This document shows positions 28,199 through 38,809 of a stretch of 64,000 nucleotides of DNA, piece by piece; position 1 is the first letter of the stretch; every line of letters starts with the position of its first letter. The position numbers and the translations under genes are program-made. The notes beneath the pieces are model-generated. The model saw only the letters and a program-made list of their open reading frames with translations, did no database searches and was not told the origin of the DNA. This DNA is from a candidate division WS6 bacterium GW2011_GWF2_39_15 (GTDB taxonomy: Bacteria > Patescibacteriota > Dojkabacteria > SC72): assembly GCA_000993565.1 (NCBI GenBank), contig LBWK01000002.1, forward strand, positions 4,121-68,120, read 5' to 3'.

Positions 28199-28653
28199 TT
28201 AAACATCTCAATAATTTTAAGTACATGCAAAGTTATTAAGATATTTGAAAGAGTGGATGAAAATACCATTATCTTGACGAGTGCTCTCTCTTTATTAAAC
28301 CATTTATATGCGAAAACAAAAGTCACCGCAAGTATAGCAAAAGCGAGAACAGGCAATAGAATAATAAAGTCCCTGCTGTATAGTTTTAATGCGTCATCAC
28401 TATAGAAGGTTACTAAGGGAAGTTTTTCAGGAAGGTTGTTATAATTGTAATATATGTAGTAGGACTGCAGAGCTAGCACAGCGAAGGAAATTGTATGCAT
28501 TATCCAAATTCCGCCATCCTTAGCATACCTCATTAACTCAAATATGGTTAATGAGTTTGCTATTGAACCTTTAACTTTGGAAAGAGAATTAGAAAAAGGC
28601 TGTTTAAAGCCTAAATCAAGTTGTGTAGCGCTTTCCTTTTTATCTTTTTTCAC
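28195..28653 (-). CDS. Hypothetical membrane protein (DUF1648-like)
   Basis: Three TMs, YNNLPEKLPL motif; GTG start 8 nt after TGtTATAAT. Confidence 0.6.
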   Translation of the reverse strand: MKKDKKESATQLDLGFKQPFSNSLSKVKGSIANSLTIFELMRYAKDGGIWIMHTISFAVLALQSYYIYYNYNNLPEKLPLVTFYSDDALKLYSRDFIILLPVLAFAILAVTFVFAYKWFNKERALVKIMVFSSTLSNILITLHVLKIIEMFK

Positions 28654-28662
28654 GATTTCCCA

Positions 28663-29400
28663 TTATAACACTATTTGATTGGAGATAGCCTTAAAGTCTG
28701 AGGCTCTTAAGTTCTCAGGCCTTTTGTTGAGAATGTCCTCGGGTATCCCGCTTAAGTTATACCCTCTCAGGTTGTTTCGTAAGGTTTTTCTCGGGTTCCC
28801 GAATGCTTTCTTAACAATTGTAGTAAGCCTGTTTATATCTATTGTTTTGTCAATTTCCCTTGGAGTTATTTTGATTAATGCACTGTCAACCTTAGGTTTG
28901 GGTATAAAGTTTCCGGGTTTTATGTATTTCAGAATCTCTACATCGGCAAAGAATGAAGTCAAAATTGAGAGAATAGAAGATTTACCGTCTTTGGATATAT
29001 ACTTTTCAGCAACCTCTTTTTGGACTATAAAAAACATGGCTTTAATCTCGGAATACTGGACAAACTGAGTAATTATCGGTTTTGAGATGTTATAAGGAAG
29101 TGATCCATATAGGACAAGGGGTTGTGTATAGTTGTCCGGATTGAAATTAATCTTTAAAATATCCTCATTGATTACCTGTATACTCGGAACCTTCTGCTTT
29201 AGGAATTTGGCAAGCTCAGAATCCTTCTCGATAGCAGTAATATTGGAGGTCACATTCAGAAGCCTTTTAGTGAAATAGCCATCACCCGGACCAATTTCTA
29301 TAATTGACCCAGGATTTTCGGTGGCAACCTGCTCAACAATCCAATCAGCTAGATTCGGATTATTGAAAAAATTCTGGCCGAGTGATTTATTAAGTTTCAT
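28663..29400 (-). CDS. rsmA: 16S rRNA m6,2A dimethyltransferase KsgA
   Basis: KSLGQNF, IEIGPGDG..T, AIEKD, SLPYNIS, QKEVA, F.PKPKVDS. Confidence 0.95.
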   Translation of the reverse strand: MKLNKSLGQNFFNNPNLADWIVEQVATENPGSIIEIGPGDGYFTKRLLNVTSNITAIEKDSELAKFLKQKVPSIQVINEDILKINFNPDNYTQPLVLYGSLPYNISKPIITQFVQYSEIKAMFFIVQKEVAEKYISKDGKSSILSILTSFFADVEILKYIKPGNFIPKPKVDSALIKITPREIDKTIDINRLTTIVKKAFGNPRKTLRNNLRGYNLSGIPEDILNKRPENLRASDFKAISNQIVL

Positions 29401-29405
29401 AGTAT

Positions 29406-30323
29406 TTATGCCCTAAAGTCCCAAATTCCTTTATCTTGCCTGTAAATGGTCTTACATTGCACGCACTGTGCTCTCTCTTCTGTAAATTGCAGACTACCAT
29501 TGCATTTTGGACAAATAAGTATATCTTCAAGTCTTTGGGCTTTTTGTGAACTTACTCCATTAATTTTTTTAGATATGAAAAAAATACTTGGTGCAATGCT
29601 TGTCCATCCGAGCAAAAGTTGCATAAAGGTTTCAAAAAATCTAAGAATGGCATTAGGAAGGTGTTTCTTAAGGAACGGAATTCTAAAGTATGAGACCCCG
29701 CATTTTTTCATTGGTACAAAGGAGTTTTCTTCCAGTAATCTTCTTATATGCTTAGGATGAAAGTTAAGGAAATATGTATCCTCGCCCTTAGTGCCCTCAT
29801 GATTGCCGTGTGTTGGCTGCTGATACGGTTCTGTGCTGAAGAAGCTTAAATTGGGTTTCAGCAGGTTTTTCAAGGCTGCTTTAATATGAATTTTATTTGC
29901 AAATTCCTGTATATAGATAGATTCCTGACTCATAACCCTTTTAAGCTCTTTGAAGTATGCTTCAGGTTTGTTGATGTGATGAAGTACTCGCACCATTAAA
30001 CCTCCATCAAAGGAGTTATCCCTAAACGGTAGGTTGTAGGCATTTGCAGCGATCAATATTGTATTTGGAAAGGTTTTTAAAATTTCTGATTGATTCTTTT
30101 GTAAAGTGAGAAGCGAGTAGTCAAGGATCACGGGATGCTCATATTTACTGTAATAAAGGTCCAAATTTCTTCCAAAGGAACCTCCTATATCAATGAACCA
30201 ATCGCCTTTAAGTTTTGCAAATGTTTTACGTAGTAGATGTCTCTCCGCATCATTTTCGTATGAGCGATCCTTCCAGTATTCTTTATAATCATATTTGTAT
30301 TGGTCGTAATCTGATACTTTCAC
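29406..30323 (-). CDS. Class I SAM methyltransferase with C-terminal Trm112-like zinc ribbon
   Basis: IDIGGSFGR, LPFRDNSFD, VRVLHH; C-terminal LICPKC...CVQC...Y....GIWDF. Confidence 0.8.
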   Translation of the reverse strand: MKVSDYDQYKYDYKEYWKDRSYENDAERHLLRKTFAKLKGDWFIDIGGSFGRNLDLYYSKYEHPVILDYSLLTLQKNQSEILKTFPNTILIAANAYNLPFRDNSFDGGLMVRVLHHINKPEAYFKELKRVMSQESIYIQEFANKIHIKAALKNLLKPNLSFFSTEPYQQPTHGNHEGTKGEDTYFLNFHPKHIRRLLEENSFVPMKKCGVSYFRIPFLKKHLPNAILRFFETFMQLLLGWTSIAPSIFFISKKINGVSSQKAQRLEDILICPKCNGSLQFTEERAQCVQCKTIYRQDKGIWDFRA

Positions 30324-32002
30324 GTTTTTACTTCTCTCAACTTAGCCATTAAGTCATTGATCTGGGCGAAAATTCTATCAACAGACTCATTATCTTTCAT
30401 ATTCTCAGCCAGCGCAAGTTTGACTCTGGCATTTGCAATTTTCTGCTGTATATCTATTTTAAGTATCCTTGAGTATATCTTATCTAGCTCTTCAGAAGTG
30501 GCTAGCTGACTTGATAATAGGATAATCTCTAAGTACTGTTGTAAGGATTTGTTCAGTTTCTTGTGTAACTGGCTTATTGACGCCCCTTTTAGCCCCTTCG
30601 CGATGTCAAGTATGCTTGTAACCATGCTGTTACCAAAGATAGTTAGGTCGTGATGGTCTGGGATTGAGACGGTCTCTCCGCTTAGAAGAATCTTGAGGTA
30701 GTACTCTTCAAAAGATAGTTTATCACTGCTCTCTTTTTGAGATAATCCATATCCTCTCTCCTGTATTTCTATCGCCGCCCTTTCTCCTACAATCTCTCTG
30801 AATTTTTTCTTATAGAAGTCCTCTTTACCTTTGTCTCTTACGTGTGTGAGAAGCTGTTTCGAGTAGTAATTAAGCTTTTCCAAATCTTCTTTAACTGTAA
30901 TGTCTAGAGTCTCATATTCGGACTGGATTAGATATGTATAAGCATCAGTGCGTTTCTCTGAAACCATCTGAGAGAATAGTCCGGGCTTATTTTGAATTAC
31001 TTCATCTATATCTTTATATGGTTTGGTATTGATCGCATAGCTGTTCATGCCTAGATCCTCGGCAATTGTAAACGCTCGTTGTAAGGCTTTCTGTCCTGCG
31101 AAATCACTGTCGAAGATAAAAAGAAGGTTCTTAGTAAATTGGGAAATCAGAGTAAGTTGGTCGAAGGTTAAACTTGTACCAAGCGGGGCTACAATATTTG
31201 TGACACCGTCTCTATGTGCGGCTATGACATCTGTAGTGCCTTCGCAAATGATACAAAGGTCCTGTTTTCTTATGTCTGGTTTTGATTGATGGAGGCCATA
31301 TACATTTTTAGACTTGTGGAATATATATGTTTCGGGAGTATTCATATACTTAGGACCATAGTTATCGTTTGGTAGTATTCTGCCTGTGAATCCGATTATT
31401 TTTCCTGAAGCCGATGTAATTGGGAACATGACGCGATTTATGAACTTGTCTCTGAATATCCCACCCTTTTCTATGAAAAGTCCCGAATCCAATAGCTGCT
31501 TATTATTTAGCTTATACCTTTCTCTAACCTTGTTCAGAACAATATTGTTTCCCGGTGCAAATCCGATTTTAAATTTCTCAATATCTGCATCGGTTATTTT
31601 TCTGGAATATAAATACTTCTTTACTTGATCGTTTGCCTTTAGTAATCGGAAGAATATCTCTGCGGCTAGTTTGTTCAAATCGTAGTACAATTTGAAAGGA
31701 TCATCTCTTTGAATTGTTTCTAGTTGTACCCCAGTTTCTTTTGCAAGTTTTTCCAAAGCTTCTCTGAAATCCAGCTTTTCAATTTCTTGAATAAAGGTTA
31801 TGACATCTCCCGATTTACCGCATCCAAAGCACTTATATATTTGGATGTCCGGACTCACATTAAAAGAGGGAGTCTTTTCGCTATGAAAAGGACATAGACC
31901 TACATAGTTCTTGCCTGCTTTTTTGAGTTTCACATACCTTTCGACGATACTGACAATATCAGCCTTCTCTTTTATAATCTCAACCTGATTGTTATCTGCC
32001 AT
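30320..32002 (-). CDS. dnaG: DNA primase
   Basis: CPFHSEKTPSF...CFGC zinc finger, KYMNTPET, CEGTTD, FDSDFAG, KDIDE. Confidence 0.96.
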   Translation of the reverse strand: MADNNQVEIIKEKADIVSIVERYVKLKKAGKNYVGLCPFHSEKTPSFNVSPDIQIYKCFGCGKSGDVITFIQEIEKLDFREALEKLAKETGVQLETIQRDDPFKLYYDLNKLAAEIFFRLLKANDQVKKYLYSRKITDADIEKFKIGFAPGNNIVLNKVRERYKLNNKQLLDSGLFIEKGGIFRDKFINRVMFPITSASGKIIGFTGRILPNDNYGPKYMNTPETYIFHKSKNVYGLHQSKPDIRKQDLCIICEGTTDVIAAHRDGVTNIVAPLGTSLTFDQLTLISQFTKNLLFIFDSDFAGQKALQRAFTIAEDLGMNSYAINTKPYKDIDEVIQNKPGLFSQMVSEKRTDAYTYLIQSEYETLDITVKEDLEKLNYYSKQLLTHVRDKGKEDFYKKKFREIVGERAAIEIQERGYGLSQKESSDKLSFEEYYLKILLSGETVSIPDHHDLTIFGNSMVTSILDIAKGLKGASISQLHKKLNKSLQQYLEIILLSSQLATSEELDKIYSRILKIDIQQKIANARVKLALAENMKDNESVDRIFAQINDLMAKLREVKT

Positions 32003-32018
32003 GCTATATTATATATCT

Positions 32019-32975
32019 TTATTTGGAGCAGTCTAATTGATTATCCGTAATGGAGCATTCTATGGACGCAGTTCCACTAGCGGAATTGATGACAAGCGGT
32101 ACTTCCTGATTATTAATGTATAATTTTGTAAGAGTTGGTTTTCCGGTAAGAAGCTGAAGTGATTTGGTTACGCTGTAATTTGCAGTCTTTCCTGGTGCAA
32201 CAGCCTGGGCCAGTTTCTGATTGTCATCGATATTTAATTGTAACCAGGTTGCCTCGCTAAGGACTTGTATGTATGCAACGAATTTTTTAGGTGCTGATAC
32301 AACCTCTTTTTTGACTTCTTTTTCCTGCTCCAGTTTATACACCACACGTATCGTTTTCACTGTGTTAAGGCCCGTTTCATTGTTTTTAGATTCTATTGTA
32401 ATTAGATTTTCCCCGGGAATGAATATGACTTCTTGTACAAAAGCACCTGAGTCATTTATCTCAACAACTTTTCCATTTATTCGAAGATCGCTTTTCTTGT
32501 CTGTTTTACCCTTGATCTCTGTTTTGGCGATATTTGTGACTGAATCATTTTGAGGTTCGGTTATGGTAAGTGAAGGATTTTGTTGCAATTGGTTATATTT
32601 ACTTATGGTATATATAAAGAAAGTCGTGATTGTGATGACCAGAATAGCAAGAACAATGTTAAGAGGTGTTATAAGTTCCTTGATGTTGATTCGGAGCTTT
32701 CTTTTATTTCTTAACGAAGAAGTACCCTTCTCTTTTAATGCCTTGTCTGAGCGTCTATAGAGGGCCAGCATCTTGTCAACATCTAGTCCAAGGTACTCTG
32801 AGTATATTTTCATAAAACCGTTTATGAAGACGTTAGAAGCGAACTGGTCATAATTTTCCGATTCTAACATCTTCAGGTATTTCTCCTGAACTTTAGTCTC
32901 CTGAGATACTTGGGAAATACTCTTACGAAGAGCCAATCTTCTTTTTTGCAGAATTTGTCCTGGAGTTAGCATCAC
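32019..32975 (-). CDS. RodZ-like protein (HTH_25, TM, Ig-like and DUF4115-like domains)
   Basis: PGQILQKRR...VSQETKV..KYL..LE...GFMKIYSEYLGLD HTH; TM; WLQLNIDD C-terminal domain; adjacent to ftsK. Confidence 0.75.
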   Translation of the reverse strand: MMLTPGQILQKRRLALRKSISQVSQETKVQEKYLKMLESENYDQFASNVFINGFMKIYSEYLGLDVDKMLALYRRSDKALKEKGTSSLRNKRKLRINIKELITPLNIVLAILVITITTFFIYTISKYNQLQQNPSLTITEPQNDSVTNIAKTEIKGKTDKKSDLRINGKVVEINDSGAFVQEVIFIPGENLITIESKNNETGLNTVKTIRVVYKLEQEKEVKKEVVSAPKKFVAYIQVLSEATWLQLNIDDNQKLAQAVAPGKTANYSVTKSLQLLTGKPTLTKLYINNQEVPLVINSASGTASIECSITDNQLDCSK

Positions 32976-32989
32976 AATTACTTATATAT

Positions 32990-35173
32990 TTATTGGGGCA
33001 GTTCGTCGTTACTATCACTTCCTAATATTTGTGAAGCACTGCTTATCAAAACCTTCCGTGGGTTACTACCATCCTGAGGTCCGATTGCTCCTGCTTCTTC
33101 AAGTTCATCCATTAATCTGGCCGCTCTATTATACCCGATTCTTAATTTTCTTTGTAAAAGGGAGGCAGAGGCCTTTTGCGCATTAATAATAACGTCAATT
33201 GATTGGCGGAATACCGGGTCATCAGCTCCCGCAGAAGTCCCGCCTTTGGCTTCTACAACTTGAGCCTTAGTTACTTCGTCTGTATATTCAACAATTTCTG
33301 TCTGATCTTTAATAAACTTGATTACATTATCCAGATCTTTGTTGTCAGTGAAGGCACCTTGTATTCTTATCGGTCTTGGGTGAGAAGGAGATTTGAAAAG
33401 CATATCGCCTTTTCCAAGAAGTGTTTCAGCTCCTATCTGATCTATTACCACCCTGGAATCGATTGCTGTCGTTACATTAAAAGCTACACGTCCAGGCATA
33501 TTGGCCTTAATAAGGCCAGTTATTACGTTCACGGAAGGTCTCTGGGTTGCGAGTATGAGGTGGATACCAACGGCTCTTGCCATCTGTGCCAGACGCACAA
33601 CCTTAGTCTCTACGTCAACTCCGGTCGATAGCATGAGGTCTGCCATTTCATCAATTACGATGATGATGTAAGGCATCGCACTAAAGCCCATCTGCTGGTT
33701 ATACTCTGTAATTTTTTTGACACCGGCCTGTTTAAGCATCCTATATCTTTTAAGCATTTCCTCAATCGCCCACTGTAGAGCATTAACAACTAGTTCCATA
33801 TCAGTAATTACAGGGGTTAGAAGGTGTGGGATACCGTTGTATGGAGCCATTTCCACCATCTTTGGGTCAACCAGTATAAAGCGAAGTTCATCCGGAGATT
33901 TAGACATAAGCAGTCCCATGAGCATAGAGTTGATACCTACGGACTTACCTGTACCTGTAGCACCCGCTACTAATACATGAGGAAGATCAACCAGGTCTCT
34001 GATAATCAATTTACCGGTCACATCCTTACCAAGAATTAGAGGGAGTTCGTATTTGGATTTATCTTTAAGCAATTGAGCAACCATCTCCTTCTCGTATACA
34101 TAGTTTGGTGTCGGATTGGGGGCTTCAATTCCTATAAGCGATGTTCCCGGTATTGGAGCTTCAATTCTAACGCTTGACGAAGGAGCGGCAAGTGCTAAAG
34201 CTAAATCATTTGTGAGGTTTCTCACCTTTGATACTTTAATACCGACACTTATGCTTAGTGCATACTGAACAACCGTTGGTCCTACTGATATTTCTGCGAC
34301 TTTGGCGAGGACTCCGAAACTTCTTAAAGTCTGTTCGATTATCAGGGCATTCTTTTTAAATACGTCCTTGTTTTGCGGCTGTACTATCGGATCCTGAAGC
34401 AAATCAAGGCTGGGAAAGGTCCAATTTGTATATTTTGGTCCCTGGCTTTCAAGTCCCATATCATTCTCATCCACAACTTTTTTAGGTGCTATATGTATAT
34501 GGTTTTCTGTACTTTTAGGAGCATCGTTTGCAAATATAATATCCTGCTCTTCTTCTCTCTTACTATCTAATCCGTTGATTATCCCGTCCATTCTCTTATC
34601 ATCCTGTTCAAGATCCTGGGGTTTAATATCTTCCAGAGATCCTTTGAATTCCAGTCCTCCTGTATTCTCAACAGTCTTTTCTATATAGTCGCGGATCTGA
34701 GAGAGCTTAATACTTGTAATTAATGATATCGAGACTACAAAGGATACAATTAGTACAAGGAACTCAATGAATCTGCCTAGATATGAAAGCAAAAACAGGT
34801 GAATATTGTATCCAAGCATTCCGGCTGGAAATTCAAACTGCGTTGGTGACTGTAATTGCTCATTTGGCACCCAGAAGGTTAAGAAGGCTGCAAAGGTAAG
34901 GGAGAAGAAGAGAAGTCCAAGTTGCAGCTTCCAAGATTTAAATATTGTTTTAGAGCTGAAGAACCGGAGTGCTAGATATAAAGTTGTGAACCCAAATACT
35001 ACGGAACTATATCCGAAGGTTGTAACAATAGATCTGAATAGATGTGAGTCAAAGAAGGGAGATATTATTAGGGCTATACTCAATATAGTTAGAATAATAC
35101 CAACAAATACCTTTGTCTCATCACTATTTATATTAATGTCTTTCTTTTTCTTTGAACCTTTTCTTCGTCCCAT
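32990..35173 (-). CDS. ftsK: DNA translocase FtsK/SpoIIIE
   Basis: N-terminal TMs, RIEAPIPG, PHVLVAGATGTGKS, IDEMADLM, ATQRPS, gamma domain SASLLQRKLRIGYNRAAR. Confidence 0.96.
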   Translation of the reverse strand: MGRRKGSKKKKDININSDETKVFVGIILTILSIALIISPFFDSHLFRSIVTTFGYSSVVFGFTTLYLALRFFSSKTIFKSWKLQLGLLFFSLTFAAFLTFWVPNEQLQSPTQFEFPAGMLGYNIHLFLLSYLGRFIEFLVLIVSFVVSISLITSIKLSQIRDYIEKTVENTGGLEFKGSLEDIKPQDLEQDDKRMDGIINGLDSKREEEQDIIFANDAPKSTENHIHIAPKKVVDENDMGLESQGPKYTNWTFPSLDLLQDPIVQPQNKDVFKKNALIIEQTLRSFGVLAKVAEISVGPTVVQYALSISVGIKVSKVRNLTNDLALALAAPSSSVRIEAPIPGTSLIGIEAPNPTPNYVYEKEMVAQLLKDKSKYELPLILGKDVTGKLIIRDLVDLPHVLVAGATGTGKSVGINSMLMGLLMSKSPDELRFILVDPKMVEMAPYNGIPHLLTPVITDMELVVNALQWAIEEMLKRYRMLKQAGVKKITEYNQQMGFSAMPYIIIVIDEMADLMLSTGVDVETKVVRLAQMARAVGIHLILATQRPSVNVITGLIKANMPGRVAFNVTTAIDSRVVIDQIGAETLLGKGDMLFKSPSHPRPIRIQGAFTDNKDLDNVIKFIKDQTEIVEYTDEVTKAQVVEAKGGTSAGADDPVFRQSIDVIINAQKASASLLQRKLRIGYNRAARLMDELEEAGAIGPQDGSNPRKVLISSASQILGSDSNDELPQ

Positions 35174-35204
35174 ATATCTATACTTATATTATCATAATTA
35201 CACT

Positions 35205-35291
35205 TTGACAATAGCACGTCCATCATATAATATTGGGTACCAAACTTCTAGCGAATAATGTTTTGACAAAGCATACTAAATGTGATAGGAT
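35205..35291 (+). promoter_or_regulatory. Tandem sigma70 promoters for rpoBC
   Basis: TTGACA(35205-35210)-17-TAATAT, and TTGACA(35263-35268)-17-TAGGAT with TG extension. Confidence 0.6.
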
Positions 35292-35422
35292 TGCTCCGAT
35301 AATTTCCAATTTATGCAGTAAGGAAAACGCTTTTTTATAGGTTCAGAGTAAGAAGTATAGAGTTTTGATATTGATGAAGATATTTAAATATTTTGTTTAA
35401 TTTAAGGCCTTTTTAAACATTC

Positions 35423-38400
35423 ATGTCACAAGAACCTACACGCAATAGAGCCGGAAGAATTAATTTAGGTATCGGCTCTACAAGGAAGGTAGACTTTCCT
35501 AACCTCATCGATTCCCAGCTTAATTCCTTCAGGTATTTCGTAGAAACAGGTGTAAAAACTCTTTTCAATGAGATAAATCCTGTTAAGGATACTATGGAGA
35601 GAATGTGGACTCTTGAGTTTAAAGACTACCGAATCGGTGATCCTTACAGATCAATCGATGATGCAACTGATAAGGGGCTTTCATACGAAGCTCCTATTTA
35701 TTCTACAGTTCAGCTTCTCAATAACAAGACGGGAGAAATTAAAGAACAGGAAATCTTTGTCGCGGATCTTCCATTAATGACTAATGATGGTTTCTTTGTT
35801 GTAAACGGAGTCAGAAGAGTTGTAACTCACCAGATTGTACGAGCAGAGGGTGTGCTTTTTGAGGAGAACGAAGTTCTCCCTTCTAGAACACTTTATAAAG
35901 CTAGATTAATGCCTGGAAACGGACCGTGGTATGAATTTGAAGTGAGTAAGCACAATGTTATCTCTATCCGATTAATCCCTAAGAGACCAAGGGTTTTGAT
36001 TACAGAACTTTTCAGGGTATTCGGATATGAAACAGATGAAGAGATAAAGGCACTCTTCTCTTCAGTTGATACACATGAGGAATATAAGTATATAGAGTCT
36101 ACACTTGCTAGAGACTTTACAAAGAATAAGGAAGAGGCGATTGTAAGCGTATATAACAAGTTAAGACCAGATGAGTCTGTAACATTAGATAGTGCCGAGA
36201 AATATATTAAAGGACACTTCTTTAATATAAGAAAGTTTGATCTTGGAAAAGTAGGAAGATATCAAATTAACAGAAAGCTCGGAATGAATTATCCTGTTGA
36301 GGGTAATGATTCAAAGCTTCATGTCGATGACCTTGTTTCATTAATAAAGAAACTTATTGAAGTAAACAACGGCGTTGTTGCTCCTGATGATATCGACCAC
36401 TTATCAAATAGAAGAATAAGAAGTGTAGGTGAAGTTCTTCTAAAGCAGCTTGCTGTGGGAGTAAGAAGGTTGGAAAAGAATATTAAAGATAAGATGAGTA
36501 TGTACGGTCAGGATGCCAAGTTAACGCCATCTATGCTAATCAGCACAAAGCCTGTATCTGCAGCAATGCAGTCTTTCTTTGGAAGTAACCAGCTTTCTAC
36601 ATTCATGGAGCAGTCAAACATCCTTTCAGAGCTGGAAAACAAGAGAAAAGTAACAGCATCAGGGCCGGGCGGGCTTGTTAAGGAGAGGGCTACTTTCTCA
36701 GTTAGAGAAGTACATAACTCCCACTACTCAAGATTTGATCCGGTAACCAGTCCTGAGTCTCAGGCAATCGGAGTTGTTACGCAGCTTGCCATTCTTTCCA
36801 GGGTTAATGATTATGGATTTATAGAAGCCCCTTACAGAAAAGTTCTTCAAACAGCTAAGAATGACGGTAGAGATACTATAAATAGGTTGTCGCTTGAGAC
36901 AATTAAAGTAGGAAGTAAGACAATTGTTAAAGCAGGTCAGCTTATAACCCCTGAAATTGCAAAGCATTTAAAGGCTGAGGATAGAGTAAAGGAAATAAAG
37001 GTGGTTTCGTATATGACAGATGAAATTGTGTATTTTGATGCCCGAGATGAAGAAGAGTATTCAATTACATCTTCAACAGTTAAGTATGATCAATATGGAA
37101 ATATCCTTGATGCATTAGTCCCCGCAAGAAACAGGGGGCTTTTCATTTTGGAAGATGTACAAAATGTCTCATTCATGGATCTCATTGCTTCACAGCAGGC
37201 CGGTTTGGGTATGGCCCTTATTCCTTTTGTAGCACATGATGACTCAATGAGAGCCCTTGCAGGTTCAAATATGCAGAGGCAGGCAGTTCCTCTTCTTAAG
37301 CAGGAAGCACCGTTAATCGGAACCGGTCTTGAAGAGGTTGTTGCCAGGCAATCTATCTGGTCAGTATTTGCAGAAGATGATGGTGTTGTTGAATATGCTG
37401 ATGCAACCAAGCTAACTGTTAAGTATAAAGAAGAGGGAAGAAAAGATTATGTATTAAGAAAGTTCTACAGATCAAATGATAATACATCTTTCTCACAGTA
37501 TGTAAGAGTTGAACCTGGTCAGAAGTTTAATAAGGGTGATGTGCTTGTTGACGGACCTACAATGATAAACGGTGAGCTGGCTATCGGTACAAACCTTCGA
37601 GCCGCTTTGATGTTCTATGATGGATATAACTACGAGGACTCCGTAATCATCTCCGAGAGAGTTGTTAAGGATGACCTCCTCACTTCAGTTCATATTAGAG
37701 AGCATACTGTTGAGGTCAGAGATACAGAATTAGGAGCTGAAATCATCACAGCAGATATTCCTCATGTAAATGAGAGAATTCTTCAGAAGCTTGATGACAG
37801 AGGTATTGTCAGAACCGGTGTGCGAGTTAAATCAGGAGATATTCTTGTCGGTGTTGTTGCACCAAGAGGCGAGCAGGAATTGACGGCAGAAGAAAGATTG
37901 CTGCGAGCAATCTTCGGAGAAGCATCAAGTGATGTTAGAGATAACTCGCTTAGACTTCCGCACGGAGAATCAGGAATTGTAATTCATACTCAGGTTCTTT
38001 CATCTGAAAATGATGATAAGCTTGCTCCGGGAGTGCTTCATGAGGTTAAAGTCTGGGTTGCAAAGACCAAGAAGATCTCTTACGGAGATAAAATATCTGG
38101 AAGACACGGAGACAAGAATACAGTTGCTGCAATCAAGCCTGTTGAAGATATGCCGTTTACGGCAGATGGTGAACCGGTTGATATTGTCTTAACCCCAACC
38201 TTTATTAAGAGAATGAACATGGGACAGGCAGTTGAGGTGCACTTTGGTGAATATGCTTCAATGCTTGGTGAGAAACTTGCATTCCCTCTTTTTGAGGATA
38301 TAAATATGGAATGGGTTGAGACCCAGATGAAGAAAAACGGTTTCAAGATGGAGCAGAAAGTGGATCTATTTGACGGAAGGACAGGTGAGAAGCTCCCAAG

Positions 38401-38809
38401 AAAAATAACAGTCGGAATGAAGTATATACTTAAGCTTCATCACATTGCAGACGAGAAAGTTCATGCCAGATCTACTGGACCATACACTGTTGTAACTCAG
38501 CAGCCGTTGGGTGGAAAAGCTCAAATGGGAGGTCAGAGATTCGGAGAAATGGAAGTATGGGCTCTTGAAGCACACGGAGCTCCCGCTACCCTGCAGGAGA
38601 TGCTCACGATTAAGTCTGACGATGTGAAAGGAAGATCTTCAGCATATAAAGCAATCATTCAAGGAGAGAAGATAGAGAATGTTAACGTACCTGAGTCATT
38701 TAAAGTTCTAATCAAAGAACTTAATGCACTCTCGCTGAAAATTGATTTAATTTCAAGTAAACCTCAGGTTGTAGAGGTAGAACAGAACAATGATGAACCG
38801 ACAGAGTAA
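35423..38809 (+). CDS. rpoB: RNA polymerase beta subunit
   Basis: DDIDHLSNRRIR, GSNMQRQAVPL, GYNYEDS, HARSTGPY..VTQQPLGGKAQ.GGQRFGEMEVWALEA. Confidence 0.98.
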   Translation: MSQEPTRNRAGRINLGIGSTRKVDFPNLIDSQLNSFRYFVETGVKTLFNEINPVKDTMERMWTLEFKDYRIGDPYRSIDDATDKGLSYEAPIYSTVQLLNNKTGEIKEQEIFVADLPLMTNDGFFVVNGVRRVVTHQIVRAEGVLFEENEVLPSRTLYKARLMPGNGPWYEFEVSKHNVISIRLIPKRPRVLITELFRVFGYETDEEIKALFSSVDTHEEYKYIESTLARDFTKNKEEAIVSVYNKLRPDESVTLDSAEKYIKGHFFNIRKFDLGKVGRYQINRKLGMNYPVEGNDSKLHVDDLVSLIKKLIEVNNGVVAPDDIDHLSNRRIRSVGEVLLKQLAVGVRRLEKNIKDKMSMYGQDAKLTPSMLISTKPVSAAMQSFFGSNQLSTFMEQSNILSELENKRKVTASGPGGLVKERATFSVREVHNSHYSRFDPVTSPESQAIGVVTQLAILSRVNDYGFIEAPYRKVLQTAKNDGRDTINRLSLETIKVGSKTIVKAGQLITPEIAKHLKAEDRVKEIKVVSYMTDEIVYFDARDEEEYSITSSTVKYDQYGNILDALVPARNRGLFILEDVQNVSFMDLIASQQAGLGMALIPFVAHDDSMRALAGSNMQRQAVPLLKQEAPLIGTGLEEVVARQSIWSVFAEDDGVVEYADATKLTVKYKEEGRKDYVLRKFYRSNDNTSFSQYVRVEPGQKFNKGDVLVDGPTMINGELAIGTNLRAALMFYDGYNYEDSVIISERVVKDDLLTSVHIREHTVEVRDTELGAEIITADIPHVNERILQKLDDRGIVRTGVRVKSGDILVGVVAPRGEQELTAEERLLRAIFGEASSDVRDNSLRLPHGESGIVIHTQVLSSENDDKLAPGVLHEVKVWVAKTKKISYGDKISGRHGDKNTVAAIKPVEDMPFTADGEPVDIVLTPTFIKRMNMGQAVEVHFGEYASMLGEKLAFPLFEDINMEWVETQMKKNGFKMEQKVDLFDGRTGEKLPRKITVGMKYILKLHHIADEKVHARSTGPYTVVTQQPLGGKAQMGGQRFGEMEVWALEAHGAPATLQEMLTIKSDDVKGRSSAYKAIIQGEKIENVNVPESFKVLIKELNALSLKIDLISSKPQVVEVEQNNDEPTE

